From: a virus
Lineage: Duplodnaviria > Caudoviricetes
Virus record (IMG/VR): IMGVR_UViG_3300048838_000881
Coordinates: 1-51,167 of that record
Length of the DNA: 51,167 bases
Reading direction: 5' to 3' (one strand)
The notes beneath the pieces were generated by a model. The model ran no database searches. It saw only the letters and a list, made by a program, of their open reading frames with translations, and was not told the origin of the DNA. Below, piece by piece: positions 27,721-36,374 of the stretch. Within the stretch, counting starts at the first letter, position 1, and the number at the start of each line of letters is the position of its first letter. Position numbers and translations under genes: made by a program.

Positions 27721-28935
27721 ATGAAGAAATCTATCCGGCTAGCCCCCGGTTTCTCGTCGGCTAAATATTTTGATTTTGCGTCCCCCGGACGATGGACGAA
27801 ATTGCACGACGGTACGTATTCGCTAGCGTCGCCCGATCTTGATAAAGATCGGCTCTTTGCGTTCGGCGAAATCAAAGTCGTCGGCGAAGAACGCGCCGTT
27901 AAAGACGGCAAACGGCTCTATATCGCTGGCGTTGCGAATGCGAATATCATTGATCGCATGTGCGAGGTGCTTGACCCCGTGGGCATTGAGCTTGAGAGTT
28001 TTTCAAAAAACAGCCAACTTCTCGCCCATCACAGCTACTATCATCCGATCGGTCAGGTCGAAGATATTACCCCGGAAGACGACGGCGTTAAATTTAAGGC
28101 ATGGATAGGCGACCCCGAGAAGGCTGAGCTTACGCCCATGCAAAAAGAAATACGTTCGCTCGTGAGCCAGGGTATTTTGCGGACCGTGTCCGTCGGGTTT
28201 ATCCCGAAGAAGATTCGCCCGCCGTTGTTCGACGATCAGGGGAACATGACGGAACCCATGGTAATAGAGCGCTGGGAGCTTTTAGAGCTTTCCGTCGTCG
28301 CCGTGCCGTGCAACCAGGGCAGTACGTTTGAAACGTTAGATGCGCAAAAAGCTAGCCAAGAAAAAAAGCTTAGTGTAGCATTGAAGCAATCTAAAGGACT
28401 CAACGAAGACGTACTGGACGAACTTGAAGCGGCGGGGCTTGAAATCCAATCGCTTATATTCAGCAAAGACACGTTCTCCGAGCAAGACGCTAAGGACTGG
28501 GCCGAGGCTCATGGGTTTAGCGCTGCTAGCGTTGACGAGACGGAAGACAGCTACCGCCTGCGCCAACAAGAGCCCGAGCTGTTTGAAGAAGATAGCTTAA
28601 AAACAATTGACCTAACCGAAGGGGTGCAAGCAGTGATAGGCAAGAAAAAAGACGCCGAAGGCAAAGAAGCGACCGACACGAAAGAAGATCAATATAAGAC
28701 CGAGTTGATGACCCTCATAAAGGGCATGAACGAGCTATCAAAGCGCTCCGTCGAGCTTCTCGAAACCGTGCTTGCTAAGCTAGAAGAAAAGCCCGTCGAA
28801 GAAGTCGAGGAAGAAGAAAAACCAGCTGCCGAAGAAACTGAAGAAGAAAAGGGCATTGATGCACGCATCACGAAGCTCGAAGAACTGGTCGGCAAAGTCG
28901 TAAAATCAATTGAAGTGATCGCGGCGAAAAAATAA
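27721..28935 (+). CDS. HK97-family prohead protease with acidic, scaffold-like C-terminal extension
   Basis: IDR..E, LLAHH...PIG, VSVGF and LLELSVVAVPCN. Confidence 0.9.
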   Translation: MKKSIRLAPGFSSAKYFDFASPGRWTKLHDGTYSLASPDLDKDRLFAFGEIKVVGEERAVKDGKRLYIAGVANANIIDRMCEVLDPVGIELESFSKNSQLLAHHSYYHPIGQVEDITPEDDGVKFKAWIGDPEKAELTPMQKEIRSLVSQGILRTVSVGFIPKKIRPPLFDDQGNMTEPMVIERWELLELSVVAVPCNQGSTFETLDAQKASQEKKLSVALKQSKGLNEDVLDELEAAGLEIQSLIFSKDTFSEQDAKDWAEAHGFSAASVDETEDSYRLRQQEPELFEEDSLKTIDLTEGVQAVIGKKKDAEGKEATDTKEDQYKTELMTLIKGMNELSKRSVELLETVLAKLEEKPVEEVEEEEKPAAEETEEEKGIDARITKLEELVGKVVKSIEVIAAKK

Positions 28936-28991
28936 TTTTTTATATCATTGTGCCTTGAATGGTAACGATAAAACACTAGGAGCTTTTTAAA

Positions 28992-30395
28992 ATGTCAAAG
29001 ACTGCAAAGACTACGGACGAGATTCTTGATAGCGTAATTCAAGGCAAAGAGAATAAGGGCGCGCTGGCTACGGGCGGCGCTCCAGCCGTTATCGGTCAGC
29101 CGATTTACGAGGGCGACCTTGAGTATGCAAAGATGGCGGGCGCTAAAGATATGGGCGCTTTGCTTGGACAAAAGATCAACGATAAATCCGACGGCGCAGC
29201 GATTCCTTTGAACTTCGGTTCAAAAGCTCAGTGCGGGCACATGCCGCACGACGTGCGCTTGAGACTTTTCAACTTGAAAAAAATGGTGAACAACGTCGAA
29301 TTGCAAGCCGCAATTAAATATCCGCACCAGCATATCACGGCGGATATGATGACCGAAACGCCAGCTTATAAGCACTTTTTAAAGCCTGCTTTGAAAGCGT
29401 ATAACATTACGGACTTCAGCAATTGGATTCCGACCGTTAACACTCGCTTTTATTTTGAAGAATACGAGTTGCCGTTCCTGTTAGCGAACGCTTTTGATCA
29501 AATGCCGATGGATTCCGCGACCGTCGAGGTCCCCGGAGATACTGGGCACCTTGAAGGCGTCGAAGAAACCGACAGCGCTGTGTTTACCGCACAGAGCACC
29601 ACGCAAGCGAACTACGCTGTTACCGCACGTAACAACGTCGTTCATACGCAAATTACTGAAGATTTGCTCAGCGATTCTAGCCCAGCTTATATTGATAAGC
29701 TTCGTCGCGACGTCGTCGCCGGTATCGTGCGCGCTTATGAGCGTTGCATCATAAACGGTGATATCACCGGCTCGCCACGCGGCGCATCGCACCAGGATAG
29801 CGACACGCAAGCCCTGGCGTTAAACGCCACGTTCGCAAAAGCGTTCAACGGCTTGCGCAAAAAAGCATTCGCAAACGATACGGCTCTCGGAGCTGGCACG
29901 ATCGTCTACGATCACAGCAACGACACCGCGTCGAAAGGCATGTTCGCTAAGCTTATGGAGCTTATGGGCAAATTTTCGTCCGAGAAAGATGATCTTATCT
30001 TCTTGGTGCCGTCCATCGTCGAGCATCAAGTCGTTACCGGCGCGATTCCGGAGCTTTTCACTGCGTTTGCATTCGGCGGCCTTGCCTCGAACGTGACCGG
30101 CCAAATGCCTCCGATCTTCGGCGTGCGCGGCATGACAAGCCAGTTCATGCGCGAAGATTTAAACGCAAGCGGCGTTTACGACGGTTCTGTAACCGACCGC
30201 ACAGCGGTTATTTTGTTCAAGAAGTCGCGCTTTTTAAACTTCGTTCGTCAAGCGATTCGCGTATGGGCAGCTCCAAGCTTGCCGTCTAGCGATATCATGC
30301 TTATGACAGCTAAGATGCGCCACGCTTGGAACGGCAACAACCAATCGGCGACCGAGAAATCAATCGTCATGGCGATCAACGTAGCTAAGAGCTAA
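28992..30395 (+). CDS. Major capsid protein (HK97 fold)
   Basis: Follows the protease; ITEDLLSDS, IING and FNGL motifs; followed by a strong terminator. Confidence 0.88.
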   Translation: MSKTAKTTDEILDSVIQGKENKGALATGGAPAVIGQPIYEGDLEYAKMAGAKDMGALLGQKINDKSDGAAIPLNFGSKAQCGHMPHDVRLRLFNLKKMVNNVELQAAIKYPHQHITADMMTETPAYKHFLKPALKAYNITDFSNWIPTVNTRFYFEEYELPFLLANAFDQMPMDSATVEVPGDTGHLEGVEETDSAVFTAQSTTQANYAVTARNNVVHTQITEDLLSDSSPAYIDKLRRDVVAGIVRAYERCIINGDITGSPRGASHQDSDTQALALNATFAKAFNGLRKKAFANDTALGAGTIVYDHSNDTASKGMFAKLMELMGKFSSEKDDLIFLVPSIVEHQVVTGAIPELFTAFAFGGLASNVTGQMPPIFGVRGMTSQFMREDLNASGVYDGSVTDRTAVILFKKSRFLNFVRQAIRVWAAPSLPSSDIMLMTAKMRHAWNGNNQSATEKSIVMAINVAKS

Positions 30396-30420
30396 CCTTT
30401 CGGGTGACTGCATATACATG

Positions 30421-30458
30421 AACCCCTGACCCTAGTAGTGTGGGGTCAGGGGTTTTTT
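30421..30458 (+). terminator. Intrinsic terminator after the capsid gene
   Basis: AACCCCTGACCC...GGGGTCAGGGGTT followed by a T-run. Confidence 0.9.
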
Positions 30459-30494
30459 CTTTCACGTAGCTAGATATATAAAGAGGGGCGTCCC

Positions 30495-30851
30495 ATGAAG
30501 TGCGTTATACTAGAGGCTGGTGACCTGGGCGGCATGCCGCTCGTCGAGTGTGGGGGCGCGATGCTTAAGCGCGGCGATCGCATCGTCGTTTCTAAATCTA
30601 TGCTAGCAAGCCTTAAAAGCCAGTACGGCTCGAAGTTTAAAGAGATATCCGAGATCGAGAAAGAAAGTTTAAAGCAAGGTCGTTATGAGCTTGTCGTGCA
30701 TACGGGCTCGGCTCCCGTCGCGGAACTCGATAACGGCAAAGCCGTTGTCGACGCGGCACGCGTGCTATCTCCAGCAATGCCGGAGCCCGAGCTAGCGACG
30801 CCGTCCAGTGACAAATCTATGCAAAAGAAACAACGAGCACGCCGCAGGTAA
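30495..30851 (+). CDS. Hypothetical head-associated protein
   Basis: Between the capsid and adaptor genes; basic C-terminus. Confidence 0.6.
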   Translation: MKCVILEAGDLGGMPLVECGGAMLKRGDRIVVSKSMLASLKSQYGSKFKEISEIEKESLKQGRYELVVHTGSAPVAELDNGKAVVDAARVLSPAMPEPELATPSSDKSMQKKQRARRR

Positions 30852-30857
30852 TAAAAC

Positions 30858-31481
30858 ATGCTGGTCACGTTAAACGACATTAAAACTTTCTTAGGTATTC
30901 CTTTAGTAAATACGGAATATGATGCGATTTTAACCGTGTTTCAAGAGAGCGTCGAGCAAAGCATTATTAATTATTGCCAGACGGATTTTGCGACGCATGC
31001 CATCGTCGGCCCCCCGGGCGAGATTCTTGACGGCGGGCGCCAGGACGTGCTTATCCCCAAGAATTTCCCGATCATTAGCGTCGAGCGCGTTTATTTTAAC
31101 GTGAACGTCGACGGCACGGGCGGCTACCAGCTGGGGAGCACGGATTATTTTTACGACGAGGGCTCGATCACGCTTCGCTCGCAGCATGCGCCGTTTGCTC
31201 GTGGCATCGTGCGCCTGGACTATACCTACGGCTATGCTGCCGTGCCGGGCGACGTGAAAGCTGCCGTCTATCAATCCGTTAAAGCCGAGTTTCAGCGCTA
31301 TAAAAAGAATTCTGAAGATATTTCAAGCCGCTCGAAGGGCGACGAGTCGGAGAGTTTTGGTACCGGAAATAGCGGCGCCTGGGACCCGCTCACGGGCCTA
31401 CCGCGCCAGATCGTAGCGAAGCTGCAAGCGTACCGGCTCTACGAGTTTCCGAACATAAACATGGCGCAAAGGAACCTGTAA
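30858..31481 (+). CDS. Head-tail adaptor (gp6-like)
   Basis: LVTLNDIKTFLG, YTYGY..VP.DVK.A and L..YR motifs. Confidence 0.8.
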   Translation: MLVTLNDIKTFLGIPLVNTEYDAILTVFQESVEQSIINYCQTDFATHAIVGPPGEILDGGRQDVLIPKNFPIISVERVYFNVNVDGTGGYQLGSTDYFYDEGSITLRSQHAPFARGIVRLDYTYGYAAVPGDVKAAVYQSVKAEFQRYKKNSEDISSRSKGDESESFGTGNSGAWDPLTGLPRQIVAKLQAYRLYEFPNINMAQRNL

Positions 31482-31487
31482 GCCCCT

Positions 31488-32078
31488 ATGCCTAAGGTAC
31501 TGGACATGCAAGAACTTGTCGCCTTTATTCGCGAAATGCCAAAGGGCATTGATCGCGCGGCGACGCTCGCTCAGCTGGCCGTGATTCAAGACGCCGAGCT
31601 TCGAGCCAAGAAGAACGCGCAAGCAAATTTTATCGGGCGAAACGGGCGGCGCCTCTCCGGCGCGCTCATGAACAGCATATATTCGGGCTTCGAGAAGTCT
31701 TCAAATTCACGTTACCCTGTCGCTTTTATCGGCGTGCGCAATATCCCCTACGGGGCGATTCACGAGTTCGGCGGCACGATTACGCCGAAGAAAGCTAAGA
31801 ATCTTTGGATACCGAAGCAGCCGAACGCCGGGCGCATGACGCCGCGCGAGTTTATGAACCTGCGACGCGCGAATCCGAGCCAGTATTTTCTAAACGATAA
31901 GGTAGCGGGCCGGTGGATAGGCGCCCAAGCAAGATCGCGCCAGCTGATACCGCTTTTCTTTCTAACCAAAAAATCTGTAATCCCCGAGCGCCCGTACCTG
32001 CGGCCCGCGATGGAAGTAGCGGTCGAAGCTTTTGACGGACGCTTCGAGCATTTCCTAAAGGCGGAACTCGATGGCTAG
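31488..32078 (+). CDS. Tail completion/neck protein (HK97 gp10-like)
   Basis: SGALMNSI, YGAIHEFG and IPERPYLRPA. Confidence 0.75.
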   Translation: MPKVLDMQELVAFIREMPKGIDRAATLAQLAVIQDAELRAKKNAQANFIGRNGRRLSGALMNSIYSGFEKSSNSRYPVAFIGVRNIPYGAIHEFGGTITPKKAKNLWIPKQPNAGRMTPREFMNLRRANPSQYFLNDKVAGRWIGAQARSRQLIPLFFLTKKSVIPERPYLRPAMEVAVEAFDGRFEHFLKAELDG

Positions 32079-32541
32079 CGTAAGCGTTCGCGGACAAATC
32101 TTAGAAGCTGTAAAAGCGCGCCTGGAGACGATCACCACGGCGAACGGCTATCTAACGAACGTTCAAAAGATTTATTTTGATAAAATCCCTATGGGCCTTG
32201 ATCTAGCGTCGTACCATTTGCCAGCGATTTTTTTAATCGACGGCCCCGATACGCTCGAATTCGAGCACGCTTGCGTGAAGGGAAACTGGGACCTACGCTT
32301 GCAGCTTTGGCATAACGAGGTGGGCGATATCGAGATGATTCATTTCGTGCGCGACGTGCTCAAGGCGCTTTTTGCCGACAGTGCCGTGGCCGCAAGAAAT
32401 GATAAGTTTAGATCATTACACTCTAGCCTTGTGGAGCTTATCCCTGCTACAATAAGCCCAGACTTGCACATGATAGATGCTAACCGCGTAAGTGAACTCA
32501 CGTTCATTGTGCGCTATCGTACAAAATTATTTGAAATGTAG
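32071..32541 (+). CDS. Tail terminator protein
   Basis: SVRGQILEAVKARL..IT.ANGY; position upstream of the tube gene. Confidence 0.7.
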   Translation: MASVSVRGQILEAVKARLETITTANGYLTNVQKIYFDKIPMGLDLASYHLPAIFLIDGPDTLEFEHACVKGNWDLRLQLWHNEVGDIEMIHFVRDVLKALFADSAVAARNDKFRSLHSSLVELIPATISPDLHMIDANRVSELTFIVRYRTKLFEM

Positions 32542-32553
32542 GAGTTTCTGCCG

Positions 32554-32922
32554 ATGTTTAAGCTCGTATTACTGGTTGCTCTGTTTTTCTCTAGCGCTGG
32601 CTTTTCGCAAACTTTTTTCGACAACACCAAGGTCAATAAAGTAGAGCTTTATCGCACCGTCGTCGGCACGACGTCGGCCGTAGCGATTCCGGCAGCTTCT
32701 ATCGGTGGCAACGTGCTGTCGTGGAAGATTTGCAACGACGCTGTGAACACATCGACCCATCTTTTCGTAGGTAAAGCAACTGATGCAGCGACCGACGGCG
32801 TTATGCTTGGCAAGGGAACGTGCTTAGAATGTTTGAATTGCAAGGGTGCCACGCTGCAAAGCATGCGCGTTAAGGGCCAAGCGGCAAGTAACGGCTATAC
32901 CGTAATTCAGTATAGAAATTAG
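32554..32922 (+). CDS. Secreted small beta-sandwich-like protein (paralog A)
   Basis: Sec signal MFKLVLLVALFFSSAGFS-Q; 4 Cys. Confidence 0.75.
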   Translation: MFKLVLLVALFFSSAGFSQTFFDNTKVNKVELYRTVVGTTSAVAIPAASIGGNVLSWKICNDAVNTSTHLFVGKATDAATDGVMLGKGTCLECLNCKGATLQSMRVKGQAASNGYTVIQYRN

Positions 32923-32993
32923 CGCGTAAGTAACGTTTTCGCTATAAGTTGTACCTAGATTAATCCACAAGTAACGAGAAAGAGGGTTTACCC

Positions 32994-33707
32994 ATGTTCC
33001 GAGCGATACTCCTAGCATTCTTATTGGCTGCGTCCACAGGTTTTGCACAAGACAAAATAGCTAACGTCACTTTATACAGAACGACTGCTGCGCCGACCGT
33101 TGCCGAAATAGCGACGATCGAAACGGTGGCCGACGTCGCTGGGGCGCTTGGCGGGAAATATTTCGATATCTCAACCGCTGGCGATCTTATTTTATACCGC
33201 GTTTGGATTGACGTTGATAACGGCTCGACGGCACCCGCCGCAGCTGGACGCACGCTTATATCCGTTGAAATTGCGGAAGATGCTACCGACGCAGCCGTCG
33301 CCACAGCCATCGTCGCTACGCTTGACCCGCTGCCCGGTTTCGCGGCGGCTGCCGTTGACGAGCTTGTAACCGTAACCTATTCAGCAAAGGGGGCTGCGAC
33401 GAACGTAGCTGCCGGAACGTCTGGCTTTACCGTCGGCGTATCGACAGAAGGCGTATCATCGACGGCAGCTATTGCACCGGCGTCGATAGCTGGCAAGCTT
33501 ATTGGCTGGAAGATATGCAACGACGCTGTGAATACGTCGACACATCTTTACGTTGGCAAAGCGATGGACACCGAAACGGACGGTGTTATGCTTGGCAAAG
33601 ATCAATGCTTCGCGTGCACGCAATGTAAAAGCTCGCATCTTCAAGAAATGAAGGTATCCGCTCAAGACGGAAGCAACGGCTATTCGGTGCTTCAGTTCTC
33701 TAAATAA
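32994..33707 (+). CDS. Secreted beta-sandwich-like protein with ~120-aa insertion (paralog B)
   Basis: Sec signal MFRAILLAFLLAASTGFA-Q; shares WKICNDAVNTSTHL.VGKA.D..TDGVMLGK..C..C..CK with paralog A. Confidence 0.75.
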   Translation: MFRAILLAFLLAASTGFAQDKIANVTLYRTTAAPTVAEIATIETVADVAGALGGKYFDISTAGDLILYRVWIDVDNGSTAPAAAGRTLISVEIAEDATDAAVATAIVATLDPLPGFAAAAVDELVTVTYSAKGAATNVAAGTSGFTVGVSTEGVSSTAAIAPASIAGKLIGWKICNDAVNTSTHLYVGKAMDTETDGVMLGKDQCFACTQCKSSHLQEMKVSAQDGSNGYSVLQFSK

Positions 33708-33742
33708 AAAGTTATTTTCACCTTATATAAGGGGTCATGTAA

Positions 33743-35347
33743 ATGGCTAAGTATAGAAGTAAAACGAATTATGCTCAGATCTATAACGGCGATCGTCAGG
33801 GGTTTAACCTCGGCATCGACGGTGCAATATTTTTGAAGCAAGAGGCAACGCCCAGGACTTTTCAGGCTCCTTCTATCGGAACGCAAGGAAAAAGCGAGGG
33901 CGCCACCTCAGCGTCGACCGATATTTCTGCGGAAGCTTCTCCCGGAACGCTTAACGTGAACGTTCGCGGCGCAGGCGCTGTGACGGCCTCCGTAGCGACG
34001 GCTGGCCTTACGACGGGCGCTTTAATTGCAGCGGCCCTAGAGACGGCGATCAATACGGCGCTTACGGCTGCTGGGCAAGATAATCGCGTCTGGGTTGATT
34101 TCGATAGCGGCGACGATCATTACATAGTTTACGACCAGGCGACAGGTACGGCATCGACCGTTGTGATTACCGACGGCGTGACGAATAACCTTGCCGACGA
34201 CTTGTTGCTCGGCACCGCTAACGGCGGAACGGAGACAGCTGGGACGGACGATACGGATTTTCTTCTTTACACGACCGGAGGCCCGACGTTCAATCAGCCG
34301 ATCGAATCAAACGCACACCGTTCTGGAAGATTCCACAGCGGGATTGTTAAATCCAAGAAAGTTGCTGAGTTCAATTTATCGACCTACATAAATATGAGTG
34401 GCGCGGCTGGTGCTTCGATTGACCCAGCGGTTAGGCTTTTATGGAAAAGCTTGATGGGAACCGAAACCGTTGTTGCGTCGACAGCGATTCGTTATACGCA
34501 GGGGCTTCCTAACTTCACCATGTCTATGGTTCGCGTGTCGACTATATTCGCTGAATATTATACCGGCGCATACGTTCGTGAAATGAACCTGACGTTTCCT
34601 GGCGACGGCCCGGCGACGTGTGAATGGAGCGGAAAAGCGTCGACTCGCTTGATCGCGGGTATCGGGCGCGTTAACGGAGCCGTAGTGGCGAACGCTAACG
34701 TTATCCTAGAGAACGGCGAGACGGACCGCTACGACGTCGGTGCTCCTGTTATGGTTGTCGATACGGATGGACAAACGATTCTTTACGGAGCCGACGGCAG
34801 CTTGACGGTAAGCAGCATTACGGCCCTTTCGCATACGCTCACGCTTAGCGGCGCTGTAAGCGTTGCTGACGAAGGATTTATTGTGCCTTGGCATCCTGGT
34901 GCCGTGCAGCAAACGGGCCGTGATGCGATCTTCACGGACCTTGAAGGCAGCTTCAAGCTTAAAGCTTCGGGCTCCAGCATCTGTGCTACCAATATCTCCG
35001 TGGCCGCTAACAACGACCACTATGATATTGATAACTGCTTCGGCGCAGATCACAACGAGGGCTTCGCGGCGGCGAACCGCATGACGTACACCTTCGGCGT
35101 GACGTTCGATTTATCGAACGAGAATTTCGCTGAAGTTGTGCAAACGACGAAATTCGCGGGGCTCGACCCTGTGATCGTGCTCGGCGCCACGTCGGGGCGG
35201 CATCTAAAGATATCGGCCCCGAACTGGATTCCAGCCGTACCGACGATCGAAGTACCAGAAAACGGACCGACACCAGTAACGCTCGAAGGAAACTTATTTC
35301 AAAGTGCCCCTGGTGCGCAGGATCCGATTTTGATAGAGTTCCTATAA
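33743..35347 (+). CDS. Major tail tube protein with inserted domains
   Basis: Position before the chaperones and tape measure; 534 aa; followed by a terminator. Confidence 0.75.
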   Translation: MAKYRSKTNYAQIYNGDRQGFNLGIDGAIFLKQEATPRTFQAPSIGTQGKSEGATSASTDISAEASPGTLNVNVRGAGAVTASVATAGLTTGALIAAALETAINTALTAAGQDNRVWVDFDSGDDHYIVYDQATGTASTVVITDGVTNNLADDLLLGTANGGTETAGTDDTDFLLYTTGGPTFNQPIESNAHRSGRFHSGIVKSKKVAEFNLSTYINMSGAAGASIDPAVRLLWKSLMGTETVVASTAIRYTQGLPNFTMSMVRVSTIFAEYYTGAYVREMNLTFPGDGPATCEWSGKASTRLIAGIGRVNGAVVANANVILENGETDRYDVGAPVMVVDTDGQTILYGADGSLTVSSITALSHTLTLSGAVSVADEGFIVPWHPGAVQQTGRDAIFTDLEGSFKLKASGSSICATNISVAANNDHYDIDNCFGADHNEGFAAANRMTYTFGVTFDLSNENFAEVVQTTKFAGLDPVIVLGATSGRHLKISAPNWIPAVPTIEVPENGPTPVTLEGNLFQSAPGAQDPILIEFL

Positions 35348-35375
35348 GGTATTGGATTGCTCCAGTATAACGGAG

Positions 35376-35413
35376 AAGGGCTGCTAGTGTTTATATACTA
35401 GCAGCCCTTTTTT
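35376..35413 (+). terminator. Intrinsic terminator
   Basis: AAGGGCTGCTAGT...ACTAGCAGCCCTT followed by a T-run. Confidence 0.9.
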
Positions 35414-35442
35414 GTGGTAAAACGAGTATAAATCTAACTTTA

Positions 35443-35934
35443 TTGGAGCAAAATACCATGGCTATTACACTCGTTCGCAGTATTCCGTTGAATGCTCTTG
35501 AACTCGTATGCGAGTTCGATGACGCAATTGATCAAGGCAATAGTGATATTGAAGAATACAAAAAGACGGCGGATATGAAGCATCTTAAGTTTCATCCGAA
35601 CAAGCAACCAACTATTTTCCTATGCAATTTTGATCTAAAAGGCAAAGAGGCCGCCGCGATTAAAAACGCGATGCTTTCCGGGCGCGACGACGAGGGCAAT
35701 CCCCAGCTGACGCTCGGGACGTGGTCGTTTCGCGTGATTAAGTACACGCTAAAAGATATCCGCAATCCTGATTATATCGAAGCGCACGAGCGTATAGATA
35801 TGAAAAAAGATAAGGACGGCTACGCGCATGATGATCTGCTAGCTATCTTAGATAAGGTCGGCGTCGTTAATGAATTATTTACGTTCTATAATAATCTTGT
35901 AACAACGAGCGCGAAGAATAACGCAAAAAACTAG
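35443..35934 (+). CDS. Tail assembly chaperone (gpG-like; ATG 35458 is the likely start)
   Basis: Between tube and TMP; ends in a slippery heptamer. Confidence 0.8.
   Translation: MEQNTMAITLVRSIPLNALELVCEFDDAIDQGNSDIEEYKKTADMKHLKFHPNKQPTIFLCNFDLKGKEAAAIKNAMLSGRDDEGNPQLTLGTWSFRVIKYTLKDIRNPDYIEAHERIDMKKDKDGYAHDDLLAILDKVGVVNELFTFYNNLVTTSAKNNAKN
35925..35931 (+). other. Programmed -1 ribosomal frameshift site A AAA AAC
   Basis: GCA AAA AAC TAG; the -1 frame reads KKLVAALVDLWFADD into the 35952..36374 ORF without a stop. Confidence 0.85.
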
Positions 35935-36374
35935 TAGCGGCGCTCGTCGACTTGTGGTTCGCCGACGACGCCGCGAAAAAAGCATACGATTGTCGTCTTT
36001 GCCTTAAAAACCCGAGCGTCGCTAAAGAGCGTCGCTGCCAGGAACCAGGCTATCAGAATTTAAAGAAGCCGCGGCGCGTAGATGCTAGGGGATTAGAGTT
36101 TCCGTTTTGTCCTGGCAAAGCAACGTGGGCGGAAGACACTCTTGCGCTTTTTGAGCAGTGCAGGATTGCTCTAGAAACGGGTATAATGCCTAAAGAAGGT
36201 AGCCTAGAAGATCAGCCCGCCGAATTTGTCGACGCTTTTCCGTTATTCGTACAAAGATGGCGCGATCGCAATTATGGGCGCATATGGTCCGACGTGCAGG
36301 AGTTCACGAGCAAGGTCCTAGAAGCTGTTCTAGGCAAGAAGAAAGGCGGTAGCGCAGGTGGCCGTAGTAAATAA
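35931..36374 (+). CDS. Frameshift extension of the tail chaperone (gpGT-like)
   Basis: -1 frame relative to the upstream ORF, no ATG start, Cys motifs (CRLC...C...CP). Confidence 0.75.
   Translation, partial: LVAALVDLWFADDAAKKAYDCRLCLKNPSVAKERRCQEPGYQNLKKPRRVDARGLEFPFCPGKATWAEDTLALFEQCRIALETGIMPKEGSLEDQPAEFVDAFPLFVQRWRDRNYGRIWSDVQEFTSKVLEAVLGKKKGGSAGGRSK

Noticed and set aside
27690-35440. TATA(T)AA-like late promoter motif before several late genes
   Set aside because: Too short and AT-rich to distinguish from background by eye.
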